Positions 1 through 13,341 of a stretch of 64,000 nucleotides of DNA are shown here, piece after piece. The stretch's first letter is position 1; each line of letters begins with the position of its first letter. The stretch is taken from the NCBI RefSeq assembly GCF_001949145.1, contig NW_019091357.1, positions 4,178,228 through 4,242,227 on the forward strand, written 5' to 3'. The translations under genes and the position numbers were made by a program. The DNA is from Acanthaster planci (Eukaryota). Below the pieces are notes generated by a model. It searched no databases and was not told the origin of the DNA. It worked only from the letters and a program-made list of their open reading frames with translations.

Positions 1-3000
1 TGTTGTTTCGCAAACCTCTCTCGAATCCAGCTGAGATTTTCAGCATGAAGTACACATGCATATCACAGTCTATTTCACAATTACTAGATTTAGCATGAAA
101 ACACTGACTATATGAATTTAATGTTTACGCGTCTTTATGTATGCATGCATTCTGTTGCTCTTTATAAGTTGATGTTGTTTTCTCTGTAAAAAAATATGTA
201 ACAAGATAAAAGTAACTCAGGATAAAGGCCGCAAATGCAGGTACGGTAGATAATTTGGAATAAATTTCTTGGAATTGATGAACACAATTTTTCCGTTTAA
301 GGGAATAAGGTAATGTATTTTGATTCACGATTAAGTGAATAGAAATAAACAAGTACAGTGTTATTCTTGACATTTTGGAAACTTTTCTTGAGGCGACCTC
401 CAAGGAGAAAATTAAACTCAAGCCATGCAACGATCTGCTTGTGATATTTCTGTAATTTCACCAAATAATAGTGCGTCTCGCTCTGAATTCTACGCCACAC
501 ACTCTCCAATGGTGACTTACCAAGTATCGCTATGCATGCCATTACACGCGTTGGCCAGTATTCCTTTGTTCTCAGCGGCGCGGGCAAGCCGACGCGAGCC
601 TGCCCAGCCTGAGCTGGACATTTTAGCATGAGTCGAGAATCCCAGGACGTGGGCAACATTTCCTTGATTTACTCGCCATATTTCCTCATAACGTATAAAT
701 CCAGCGTCAGATTAGGTTCGTCTGCAGTGTTGTCCAATAGCTTTTTACACTAATTTCAAATCATAGCTCCATGTGGTGAAATTTCGGCGTTTCTGCTGAG
801 GAGAGGGGAACGGACAGGCGTAGTCGTGCTGGTGCAGACGAAGAGAAAATTAAACTCGCCGTTAGGTCCTTTGTTTCGAGCGTGCGCTGGCATTGGGTGA
901 CGTTCTGCGTTCCAACGTCGACGTGATTTCCTGGCCTCAGTATTCGTGATGAATCCCTCGAAACGAGCTTGCCCTCGGTGGCCGAGAAAAGACCAAAATC
1001 GTCCAGTTAGTGTCGCAGAGAAGTGCCCACAGTGCTAGGCACGATCCGGCCGGTGTAAACTAGCAACCGTGTCGGCGAGGGGGGAAAAAACACAATAGCA
1101 CGGACAAAGAGAGCTGGGCAAAATTGCGACACAGGGCGTGGGAAAGCCATAACGCATGTGCAATGGGATGGGCGGCTGTCTGTCGCACTCTCTCATCAGG
1201 CCTGCCGTGACGTCAGAGTAATTTCGCGGTTGTTGATTGGCTTATCTCATGTTGTTATTTGCGTAACTTTGCTCCACTTTTATCTTGTCCTTGTGAAGAT
1301 GACACTGTATTAAATGCACACGCTTTGATATGGCGAACCGGTTATGCGCGAGTTACATGAACTTGCGTGTTGATATCGTGCCGATCTCTAATTATGCGAG
1401 AATTTCGAGAAAAATTATGGTTTTGGAAGGGCACTGCTGTAACATAAAATTGAAATAAAATGTGTAACACTCATAACTATTAAATTCGTAAAGACACAGT
1501 AGCAAAATGGAACTTCCTGGATATTTGGTCATTTATTTATTGAGAAATTATACAAACATATACAACAGAAAAGCGAATAAAACTATAAATAAACCCATAT
1601 TGATTTTTTGTCTGAAACGATATGAAACACATACCTAGTTCATCCGTGTATAGTGTTAACATTTTGTCTAAATCTTGTCGATTATCCCAAAAACATACAC
1701 GTAATTTTTAGTAACAATGGTTTGACTCACTGTATTTATTTCCACTTCAAGTACATGTATTTCGCTTCGAACTTTGAGGACGAATTATGGTACATAAAGA
1801 GCAAATGGAAAGAGCAATGCGTTATAATATTGCATCTTCAGTCCGAATTACGTTGTACTCCTCAGCAGAACAAAAAGCAAGGCGCCTGGGCCAGGAATGG
1901 GAGATCGTGGATCCTGGTTCCACCTGGGACCAGTGAACTTCTCTCACACAACCTCGAGCACACAGTGCTTTACACAACATTAGAACCTTCCTCTTCTAGA
2001 CGCAAAGGAAAAAAAAGGATTTCAGATCAGCCCGATTCTGTATTTGCCTTTCCACAAAGATTCTTACTCCAGGGACACTAAAACTGGTTCTGGCTGAAGA
2101 AGGGATTATAAGGCTTTGTCTGATTTTGATTGCTGTTTACATTTTACTCAGTTTAGAAAGTTACGGTGGCGATCTTTATTTGAAGGGGTACTGGTTTATA
2201 ACTTGAGCGGTGACTCATGCGAAGCAGAACAGGGATGACAAGGCTCTATGTCCCTCTGGAGCAAGAGACTAAAGCGAATGAGGGCAAGGGTTGAAAAACG
2301 AGGATATTGGCACACTACAACTTTACAAGACATGCAAACAGCAAAGAAAGGGGGCATGTGTCCCCCCCCCAAGAATCAGAAACTGAAATGCGACCTTCCA
2401 CACATGACCATCTTCCACTCACACCAGGATCACCACAGAAACACCAATTACAAACAGCGGGAGGACCGGGACTACGTCGGTTCACCTCCGGTCGTTAATG
2501 CTGTGCATTGCGGATTCGGAACATTTTCAGGTTTTCAATGCCTGGTAACTCTCAGTTACAAAAACAGTGACATTTTGACGACGTGTAATTACATGTTACG
2601 GATTACTTTTTGTGACTGAAATTAAAGTCAGCTTCCCACAAAGCTACTTGAGGAGTGAAATGCTAACTCGCGCCAAAGAAAGCTCAGCATAGGGAAATGA
2701 AGAACCTTTGCCCTGGCCCTCTGTACGAATCTTTCAATCCATGTAGGCTACGTCTCTTAGAAAGTCCAGTAACATAAACTCCAGCTTGCTCAATACAGCG
2801 CATCATTGAAAACGATATACCGTGCATAAATGTGGACCTATCTCCAAGAACAGCCGGTCGCATCTCCGGTCGCATCTCAGACAAGATTCAATACAGGCCT
2901 AGCCTCCAAGCTACGACCCCAAAATACCGCCCGTGTAATGGCTTGTTTATTTTTCGTCTGCTAAGGTCACACAAAGTTTGTCCTGAGCAAGGACACACAC

Positions 3001-3442
3001 CGCAGGCCAGACTGTGTTACAGTTCACGCAATCGTTCGGCAATTACGATTTCCCGCCCAAGGTAATTCCATCAAATACGGATTCAGATGTGGGGGAAAAA
3101 GTCTAATTTGCTGTGGGGGGTTTGAACCTCTTCCAAACCAGGATTGTCCCTATCTACGTCGGAGAGGCGGAAACCAGACGCCAGGCGTCGAGACGCTGTG
3201 AACCAGATGTTAATGGATGTCGAGCATAGGAATTTCTCAGACGTGGCGCGTTCAGTTTGTCCCTCTGAGTCTGACGCATGCGCTTCGGTTGGTGTCGCAT
3301 GCACACGACAGGTCAGTTTTGGACAAGCCCTCCACGACACCGTACACCCACCTGTTCGTGGTCCAAAGTCATCAAAGGGACTCGGCATTTTACATCCGTA
3401 TGGTGCACAACTCTTAAAAACCTAATCCCGGAGTATCTTACC

Positions 3443-3687
3443 CATGGACGTCACGAAAGGGGAGGAGCAATGGGGCACTTGCTCTCCCCCCCCCCACAAA
3501 TGGGGAGGAAAAATGGGATTAAAAAATGAAATAAATGGGGAAAAAGAGGTGAAAAGGGGATAAAATCCCAATTTGCTAGAAATACGCACACACCTTAGAC
3601 TACAGATCGATCAACCCCTGATGAGTGTTTTGCTCCCCCAAAAAAGTCGTTTACCCCCTCCCCCGGAAAAATCTGGCAATGCCCACG
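3443..3687. mobile_element. Possible decayed hAT-type MITE
   Basis: Begins catggacgtc...ggggg...ccccc and ends aaatctggcaatgcccacg, a layout seen in hAT MITEs. The TIR is degenerate and there is no TSD. Confidence 0.3.
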
Positions 3688-6600
3688 AGCAGATGGGTGT
3701 TATTACTGAACCTCCATCGAGAACAACACGTCCACGCGCGAAAGCAAGCAATCCATCACCAGTCTAACCAGTATACAACACAAATATTCATAACGGCGCG
3801 CAACTTGACCACTAGGCCTAAACTGATTAGCTCCTATCAAGGTAATAACCTGTGACCTCGCTGAGGTCAATTGTGTGCTAACGTAAATAAACACACTCCC
3901 GCTGATCCTCGAGCGCGACTGACGATGTGATTTTCTCCTAATCTATCTGGCCTACGAAGCGGTCTTGCAAATTTTACTCTAACAGAGATGCTCTGATCAC
4001 ACACACACACGTCCTATGTGTACGGACATTCTGTCTACCAACGACAGCAGTGAGTTCCTTGAATGAAGAATTTCCGTCTTGATATGAGTACAAATTTCAT
4101 ACATGCAAACAACGACTGCAATTGGTACGATAGATCAGTTCTCAAAGATACAATAAATTGTGGACTTATCTTTTTCATTTAATTTGAAGCTCAAACTTCG
4201 AAACAGATGAAACTCCCAACATGTCAATTCATTTACACAATTTCATTTTGGTGATTTATTCCGAAGTTAATCAACGAAAGTGGCACAGGGCAAAGTCCTA
4301 TCACCTCTACTGAAAGACAAATAAAAAGGAGCCTTCTCCCGTTTTGACCTTATTTGAAAATTGACCAACTTTCATACATGTTTTAATTTTAAGTCTACCT
4401 CTGCCATCTTTCACTGGTTTCAACGCCTCTTTTTACAGAATTCTCCTGCCGTCATAAAGGGCGCCAATGTTGGCGGGTGGGACGAGCCACGGAGCTTATT
4501 ATAGCTCCACAGACCAACGCACTCTCGTGGCTTGGAGCAGCACACAGCATTCACTGTTCTCCTCTGACCTTCCAGGCCAAACCGCGGCCATTTTCACGAA
4601 CGATTTCAATCTGTCAAACTGCAGCCCTCAACGCGCGTTACTAACACCCCGCAGAGGTCGTGGGGATGACAGACGGCTACAAGGGCCTTACCACATTGGG
4701 TGCATATTGTGGGCCCGTCTTGAAGGAACTGCGGGTGACGGAGATTAGGGAGGGGGGTTCACGGATGCTTTCCGGAGCGACACAATCTCCAAGATGCTAA
4801 CCTGACAAAGTTACAATTTAGCATAACTGATTCACGGTTCGCGCTTTACACTGTGACTGAACCCTGATCCAGAGAATTCATCTTCCCAGGTACGGAGAGG
4901 CATTTACAACCCAATAACAGAATTTCCACAATGATGTACGTAAACACTGCATAAAGAAATGCACGCAATAAAACTTGTCTTAAGCAAGAGTACACGTGTG
5001 AAAGCGAGTACGCGAAGGCCCACCAGGGTCTTTCAGATGTATCTGTGCGGACCAAGTTTTGACCGCCATGAGCATGTTTGTTAAGAGCACTACAAAATTC
5101 TCCAAGGTATCGATTCAGTTTAAGCAACTAAAAGTGTGATGGATTCAAGTTGCGCCTCGTGTGTGACACTTTCGCGTTGACAAGTGTGTTTCGACCGCGA
5201 CATTCTGACGAAGCTGCCGCAGGGGCGTGAGCCCTGCGTCACCGCTCCGAAGCTGAGGTCACAACGATCCTGGCGTTAGTTTACTGCGTCTGCTGAAATG
5301 TCACGCCTTCATTCGCATCAATCAGTTTAAGAGAAACACCGCTAAAATGAACGCTGGTTCGTCCAATGTGCAACACACCAGCGTGCCCAACTCCGTAAAG
5401 GCGGGGCAGTAATTCATGTCTACTGGGCACTCCTTTAAAACGCTGGATTTCCGGTGTTGAAATACAGGGTCAGGGGTCACGGTTTCCTGCGTAAATCGTA
5501 ATACCAATCCCTTTCCTCTTCCTGTCCGCCGGCTTATCGTATCCTGTCAGAGTCTGGCGGGCGTTTCGGGGTGCAATCTTTTTTGGCAACGATCTGATCT
5601 GCGTCTTTGCAGCAGGATAGCACTCTGGCCAAATCACTGAGAATTCGACCCAGTGTATCCTCCACCGCAGCGCCACGACAAATTCCATTTCCTTGTGAAG
5701 GCATAATTTTGGTAGTGATTAACCGCGTCTGTAAAAACAACGACTGCTTGCAACAGTTGCCATTTGTGGGAGCAGTTTTTGAATGCCCCGGCCAAGCAAC
5801 CCCGAATTCATTAGACGCAACGCCTGGTTGTTATAAACCATCTGTTAGTCTCCACCACAAATAGAAGTAGATGTTTCAATGTGGTCATGATTAATACTTA
5901 ATTTGCAGAATTCGGAAAGGTTCCTATAGCCAAAGTGCCTTCGACAGATCTGAGTGAATCGAAAATCAGTAATAAGTTCAATTAACGTCATTCAATATAC
6001 GTGTACAGGACGGCAATGATTGCCACAGAAGCTTATGACTGAGCAAAGGTTATAGAGCGTGGCAAATGCCTAAAAGTCGACGATTAAGTAATGTCAAATC
6101 GTGCATATTGGCAACGTGGCAAACACCTCGAGGTTAATAGAGAAGGAGGAAATGAGATAGCAAATATCACATTATATAGTGTTGCATACAGAGATCCTGA
6201 AGGGCTAGATCGTTCAAGTTACAGAACCATCAATGCCGGCCTCCGGGAGGTTATGAGGGGTGCGTGCTGATTTTTCCCCTATGACAACACAACTCTGGAC
6301 GCGGAGACGACACGGCGCAGAAAGGGGAGGGGGAGCGTCCGTTTGTTGCGTCCGCTCGTCAGGTGGCGATAGCAACCTCGTGAACATGGCGCCTAAAAGC
6401 ATGCAAAATCCATCTTGAGCGAGGGAAAGAAAAAACCGGCAACACCCTCGAATCCCTCCGGCATCAACGTCGTGAAGTGCAAAATGTCGAAAACGAAATC
6501 AATTCTCGTCATGATTTTGGCAAGATATTTTGGGACGAATGGACTACCAGTCGAAGACGCCCCCTGCTGACAACGATATAAGTGTTCGCGAATGTGGAAC

Positions 6601-9600
6601 TCGCGACACACGTTGGAACCCTTGAACCTATTAATCAAAAAGGAAAACCATCTTTAAATTCCGGGTGCGGTGAGGCGATGTGGGCGCAGCCCTTGAGTTG
6701 GTGCAGTGACCTTGCCCCTATGGTTTTACCACTTTTCACAATTAAAATCGGCATACCCACTGCAAAACTACATGTTAACATTTCGTACCCATATATCACG
6801 TGATAGCCTAACCATAGTTACGTAATATAACCAGTAAACTTGCGACAAAAACTTGAGGTATGTCTTGTGCACCTGTGATCACGTCGTACTGCAAGGTCAG
6901 CAGATATGGGCTCTGCCCAGAATGTGGCTATTCCGGGAAAAAAAACTTCCCAGGCTGGGGACTGTTAGAGGAGTGGTAAGACATGGATATGTCTGGCGTC
7001 GCATGAGGCGGCACTTATCCTGCAAAACATGGCGTCCCCCATCTGACTGACATCACCCAAGCACCGCTGCGCCAAGGGAGGCGCACTCTGGCATACACAC
7101 TCGATGAATTTTCCACCGACTTTATCTCCATCGTATTCATCATTTGCATGACGATGTGGACGTCCTTAGTGGACAGAAAGGTGTCGCGTGGATCCCGCAA
7201 TCTTGAGGCTATTCAGCCTTAAGTTGAGTACCTCAAGGCCCAAATAAAGTCATTTTTCCCTACAGGGTGCTCACCCCGTGCCATGAACCAAACACTCAGC
7301 TGGGGGTGATGGATGGGGGTCTCGACGAACATTCCTGAATGTGACATGACTTCAAGAGTCACCAAGAAATGCAGAATTAACGACAATTGTTTACGGAAGC
7401 AAGTCCACTTAATTTGATATATATCACAATCAACTGTTTAAAAAATTGATGTCATTGGCCAAAAGAATTAGTTCATATTTAGCACAAATGAGTGGAAGGG
7501 CATATATTATTAACATGGACTGATACGGTTTTCTGCAGTTGTTCTTTATATCATTCACTGAGGGCATGACAAGACACCGTAAATAAAACGCGACACGACA
7601 CGACAGGTCGATCTGACTAGGCACGCCGCTGCAACGGCCTGGAATGACAGAGCACATGCAAACACGTCAGGACACATCAGGGTGACATAAGACACCAAAG
7701 GAAGAATGCAACACGACATGGCTCAACACCACCACAACGCTGAAACTTTTAAGCTATACGGAGATCGTCACAGGTCCCAGGCCTAGCCCTTCTGGTGTGG
7801 CCGAATGCAACCCGGACGCTCTTCCTACATGTACAAGTCCTAGGAGAGCCAAGGACTAAGGAAAGTGTTTCAGTGCTATCGGATCAACATTTGGTACAAC
7901 GTATTCGTGATACGTGACGAAACTTGCCACTGGTATCAGACAAGACACACGACCCTCATTTCTGACGAGTTTCAAAATCCATGTACTGAACTGAAATTCC
8001 ATAAGCGTAGTGCGATCTGTGACTTCAAAAGGCATATCGGAACACACTCAAAAAAAGTTGTGTTACTTTGCCAAAGCCAAATTCTATGATTGAAGTGAAA
8101 CAAGCTCTCTTCTTCATTTACGCCTTTCATCGTCGCGTACGTCAAAATAAACCGTATATATCACCACCAAAGAGGCACGTGCAATATCCCACACCAATAT
8201 ATTATCTTGTCATGAAGACAGTGAGAAAAAGTACAAATGGATGGGAGCTGGACCCAAGCAGTTTAAAGTCCGCGTTGCTATCGGCGGCACGCGCCGCTCG
8301 CCCACCCACGCTCCGGGATTTTAGTTACACGGTGAGAATCCGTCTTCCAACAGTCTTGCAACTCAGCGATGTCGCTGTTGTTGTGGCACCGTTACATTAT
8401 AAAAGCAAGCAAACTTGAAGGTCGCTGAGGAAGCAAATGAGAGGGAATTGGAGGGGAAAGTTTGCTGGAAAATAAAGTAGTAAATACATTTCGGAGCACG
8501 CGACGCTGATTTGTCCCGCGTCGATGATCCCCGGGTGCATCGGGAGGACCGCATGGGGGGAACACACGGGGAACCAACTATGCGACCCCACCGACCCGAT
8601 CTAATTTGGCCGGCCAAATTTGGTGAAGGCGCACCGCTGGGCACACGCCCGGGTGTCCGCTCGCCTCCGTCCATATTTGGGCATTTCAGAGTCGATTCTC
8701 CAGCACGGAAGGCTGCGATGATGCGTGTTTTATTGGGAACTGGGGTTGCTTGAAACCAGAAAGTGCACGCCAACGACGAAATACCCGTAATGCGAGGTGG
8801 AGAGCGCACCAGGACGTTTATTTATCCTTTTCGGTGTTGGAATTCGCCAAAATGTTTCCACTTTCACCTGAATTCTTTCACACTTTACTCAAGACATTCT
8901 TGACATTTTGGCAAAGAAAAGTGCAACGAAGACAGGCTCACGAGCTGTTTTGACCGCGGCGAATCATTTAGCAGGAGCGTGTTCGTGATGTGTTGCTTGG
9001 TGTGGGAAATGGCACTGGGGATATACCGCACAATTATTCTGCAGTCGTTTACACAACTCGTTAACCCTCAAAGACAACAATCAAATGGCGGAACCGAATC
9101 GTGACTAAGCCAATTAGAACCTGTTCTCCACTGTATATGACATTTGCGGCATCGAATCGTCACTGTCCAGGAACAGCTGTCGATCGATTTTTTCTTCAGT
9201 TCCTTTCTGTTTATTTTCGATAGGCCTAGGCCCCCTATACATTTTTTCTCAAGACTTTGAATTCTCTCGCTCTCTCGCTGATATTTCAGTGACTAAGATG
9301 CACGGAAAGGAGTGCTGATGCTAACTTTCCGGTTCTTAAACAGCAGCTCTACTTATCTACTTTATCTTATCACCACTGGGAAGATCACTTCAACTCCTAA
9401 TTTGTAAAGTTAACTCTGTGATTCACACCAAGTGGCCCGTGGAGCTTATTTTACGTCAAAATAGGCTACCTGTACATATATGCAACTGGGAAATCTTTAA
9501 AAAAAGACGAACGCTATACGTTTGACTTTGTTTCTATTTTAAAATAACTCACATAAGAAGCAAAACAACAACACAGGAAGATTCAGAAAGACAAGCACAA

Positions 9601-10692
9601 CAAAAACGACATCTAATGATGCGAAGAAAACGCGCGTGCTTATTGTCCCGGTTATCTAACAAGCAATGCGGTTAGTTAATCAATCATCCTAATTGGCAAC
9701 TATCCTTCAAGAAAGGACTCCACAAGTAAAACTTCCAATATGTATTTAGCTGTCCACTCATAAATGAGGTTTGCATCAAATTCAAGGAAAGTAGGCGAAA
9801 GAAGCGCACACACAAAGCTTCCTTCATATTCCCAAGAGGTTTAGACAACCAGTGCAAGAAATACCTATATTCGATGGGGGCGAACCCTGTGAGGATCTTC
9901 TCTAAGAACACACCGGCTATGGGAATATACCAAGGCTGGTTGTCACTAAACTTGCCCAACCAATTCCCACATTAAGATGTAAATGCAACCGAAAATGTTT
10001 ACATTAGAAAGAGGGGTCAGATACGAGGTTGGGCGGTTTATTCCGAGTCCTGGTCATGTCAAATCCCTGCACATATAACATCCTTTCCTCATATTTTGCC
10101 GTCACACTGCCAATATTTACTGGAAATCTCAAAGACACAGTGGGAAGTCATGCCCCGAGTGGCGAACACTCCAGCAACGATAAATTGGTCATTTGGCCGA
10201 CATTGGCCATTCAATTTAAAAGGAATGATAACCACCTACCAGCGCACCAAGGAACGCGGTCAGGCTGCCCTGGCATACCAGCCACATGCCCCCGGCCAAA
10301 ACATCCACAGGAAAAAAATTTAAACCCTGCAAAACAAACTCTGGACTAAAATGCATGAGTTTAGAAATTGAAGACTGGACACCACATGCTTTCTGCTGTC
10401 GAACCTTTCTTTTGTGAGATATTCCGAACTGGACACCATTATGAAACCTCTGGGTGAGGTCTTGATCACGTGACGGCAAGTAACCAGTCTGAAGGCAGCC
10501 CATCGGACTGCATCGCTATACTCACTCTAGCGAGGTACCGCCCATAATCTTACCCTAAGGACATTGCTCGAACCCCGAAGCCATTTTGAGTGTTTTGATG
10601 GACTTTCCATGCACGCCGTTTCATCATGACGATTTCCCAAAGCTCGAAGAAATGGAGAGCTGTTGGGTGGGGGGGTTGTTCACGTTAACTAT

Positions 10693-10726
10693 TACTACTC
10701 GGAGAGGAAATACTACTCGGAGAGGA
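10693..10726. repeat. Tandem duplication with 18-bp period (TACTACTCGGAGAGGA x2)
   Basis: Identical 16-mers at 10693-10708 and 10711-10726. Confidence 0.9.
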
Positions 10727-12959
10727 GCTACATCTACATGTACATAAAATGTACTATCCCGCGCTCCACGCCATAAACCCAGCAGACCTTCCGCGCGCTT
10801 CAACAGACAACGGAAAGGTCACGACACAGAAGTTTCCCGAACCACACAAGTTTTAAACGGGACAGAGGATGAGCCGCGAATAAAAGACTGCTTTGGTCCT
10901 TTCACGGAAACTGTAACTGACTCGGTCCCATAAAACGCCACGTTTTCCCGTTGAAGAGTCACGAACAACGCCGCATGGTCAGCCCCTTGTGCGGCCGAAG
11001 ATGGCCGGAGGGTTCGCAGCCAAAGCAGAAGGTTAGCCCACGACTTGCAGCTTATTATTTCTGGCCTCTCCTTGCAACCCGAAAGAATGACGCCCCCTGT
11101 GCAAAGAGGTACAATTTGGGTCTCCTGCGCGGTCAAGCCTTGAATACGATATCCTGAAATATATGTCTTTCGTAGTCCAAACGGCGCCTCATGCTTCAAA
11201 AATGTAAACATTCAGGCTGCTTTCCCACACTCAGCACCGATCAATGCCTTCCATCACGCCGCCAGATTGCAACATCTTCCTCAAAGCAAACGGTGGTTTC
11301 TTATCTTTATTTGCCTTATACCATACAGCTAACAAAATTTCGATCAACAAAGACTATCGACATACAACCTTCATCTAGTCTGCTCTCAATTGATACATGC
11401 CAGCCTTTCGATGCATGGTTTCCATAAAGATGGTGACAACTAGTAGAGGCTCAGGAGCTGGCAAAGATGTCACTTTGAAATTATGTCATGAGCTAAAAGA
11501 CGCTCTTTTTAATCAACCAGGAAGCAAAACAGTATGGCTCTGACAAACAAGTATAAAATGATCTAAATTTCAATTTGCAGTTAACCGTTAGCATTCAAAA
11601 TGCAAGCTTTGTAATAGTGATGAACGTCGAGGTATTAACCTCTTTGGTATAACCTTAATCTGATCGGTAGGATTTTAAAAAACAATGGGATGAGAGGATT
11701 TTGAATGGCGTTACCTGATTCTTCGTGTAGGATTTAACTTGTCGTCTGATAGGCTGTTCGCTGTTACTGCGGTTTCACCTGTATAACAAGTGGAAATGTT
11801 TCCATGAGAAATCTGCCACCTGTGGTCAGCGAGTGACTGAAAGCGGTAAACACCTCTGTTGTCATACATACATGGATTGGTATTTCAAGAAATGTTGATA
11901 CACTTGCCATGGGATCGTGGATCTTGAAGCTTCGGATAAGAGTATTAGACGGGTTTTGCAGGCGGGTTCTGCAGTGGGGGCATGCCTGTATGGGGCCAAC
12001 GCGGCACAGGCTTGGACTTGTTGGGGTTGGGGGTAAATGCTAATCTAGAAGGCCACGTTAATCCGAGCTTATCCGGGACTACACGCCAAAAGGGGTTGGC
12101 TGCGATAATGCACCGCTGATTACAGAATTAGCAGACTATGTTAAGAGTTGTCTCACAGCGATTCAGTGATGAGATAAATGAGTGCTGCACTGAACTGCTT
12201 TCCAATTTCCGTCACGAAATGTGAGTCTTGCAATCTTTCACAAGCTGATGGTCTCAAGGACAGAACTGAACATTTTTGTCGAACCACAACACTGGGAAAG
12301 ACGGAAATGATGATACACAACCAGAAAGATCAAACATAATTATATTAGGGGCCTAGACAAATATTCAAAGCATTACGAACAAAATTACATCTACCAAAGT
12401 CTGGTGTTCAGTGAAAAGTGTCAGTGGTTCCTGACGGATTTTCATTATAGCGTACAGCAATATTTGCACAACTTTCGAAGTTATATGCACATATGCGCAT
12501 GAACACATTCACAACGCAAAATCCGCACATATCTCAGTAGATCTTGTTCGCAGAATTTAACAACATATTTAACATACACATTGTGATCTGTTACATGGTG
12601 TGGTGTCACACTATTTAGGGTTCCAAACCTTACTTTCATTTTCTAAATGCTGCTTACATCATTTAAGTATAATAATCAGAATTTTAAATTAATCAAAACA
12701 ATAAATTGGCATTAATTTGTATTTGACTTTTGTTGGGTCACTTTTATTTTAACTCTCATTTTCCCAAAATGAAAGTTTTACCTCACTTTCAATTCAAGAT
12801 GGCCGATACAGGAATAGTCTATTGAGTCTAACAATTACTATGATCTTTCGTGAAAAAGGGACCAACTGGAATACGGAGAAATTCTGTAAGGGTGTAACCC
12901 TTATGGTAAGGGAAATTCACGCAATAACAATTTAAATGACCTTTTTTAGACCTGATGTT

Positions 12960-13310
12960 TTCCTTCGCAGAGTTAAAAACAAACCTCTTCCCGAATTACA
13001 GACAATTACGGTACGCTCGATAAAGATTACAGCTTGAGACTTGCAAATCTTGGATTAGTTCTTGAGATGAGGCAACCATGGGGTCTGTTCTTTTAACGAC
13101 ATACTGAAGGGAATTGATGAGGCAAAGGGCTGACAAGAGGCAAATTATATCCTGGCTAAAAGTCTAGAGTCTGAAGAAAGAACGAGGACCATGAGGGAAT
13201 TAAGAGATACAATACAAACCTTGTGGTCGGCTGCGCTGTAGTTCAACTGAGAGGGCCTTTACAAAGCGGTGCAACTGACCAACAGGCTCTATAGACCACA
13301 TCATGGTACA
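12960..13310 (+). mobile_element. Decayed CR1-type LINE, 3' end of ORF2
   Basis: Translation from 13019 gives DKDYSLRLANLGLVLEMRQPWG. After frameshifts it continues with FNDILKGID...ERTR and VQLTNRL. This follows the order of CR1 ORF2 C-terminal motifs (Y..RL..LGL.LE.RR.RGD; KIL.G.D; RTRG; V..WN.L). Confidence 0.5.
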
Positions 13311-13341
13311 ATAAAACTGGCACAAGTAACAAGACGAGAAG

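Noticed and set aside
10693..10726. Short direct repeats as a possible CRISPR-like array
   Set aside because: Only two adjacent copies with no spacers, in a eukaryotic context. This is a simple slippage duplication, like those at 2854-2877 and 30281-30314.
11813..11828. CTCF-like CTGCCACCTGTGGTCA
   Set aside because: It is one base short of the CTCF core spacing and is better explained as a CAGGTG E-box or chance.
11905..11985. GSWILKLRIRVLDGFCRRVL, a weak RTE-like peptide (also HRISWRD on the minus strand near 35.33 kb)
   Set aside because: Single short motifs with no corroborating neighbouring motifs.
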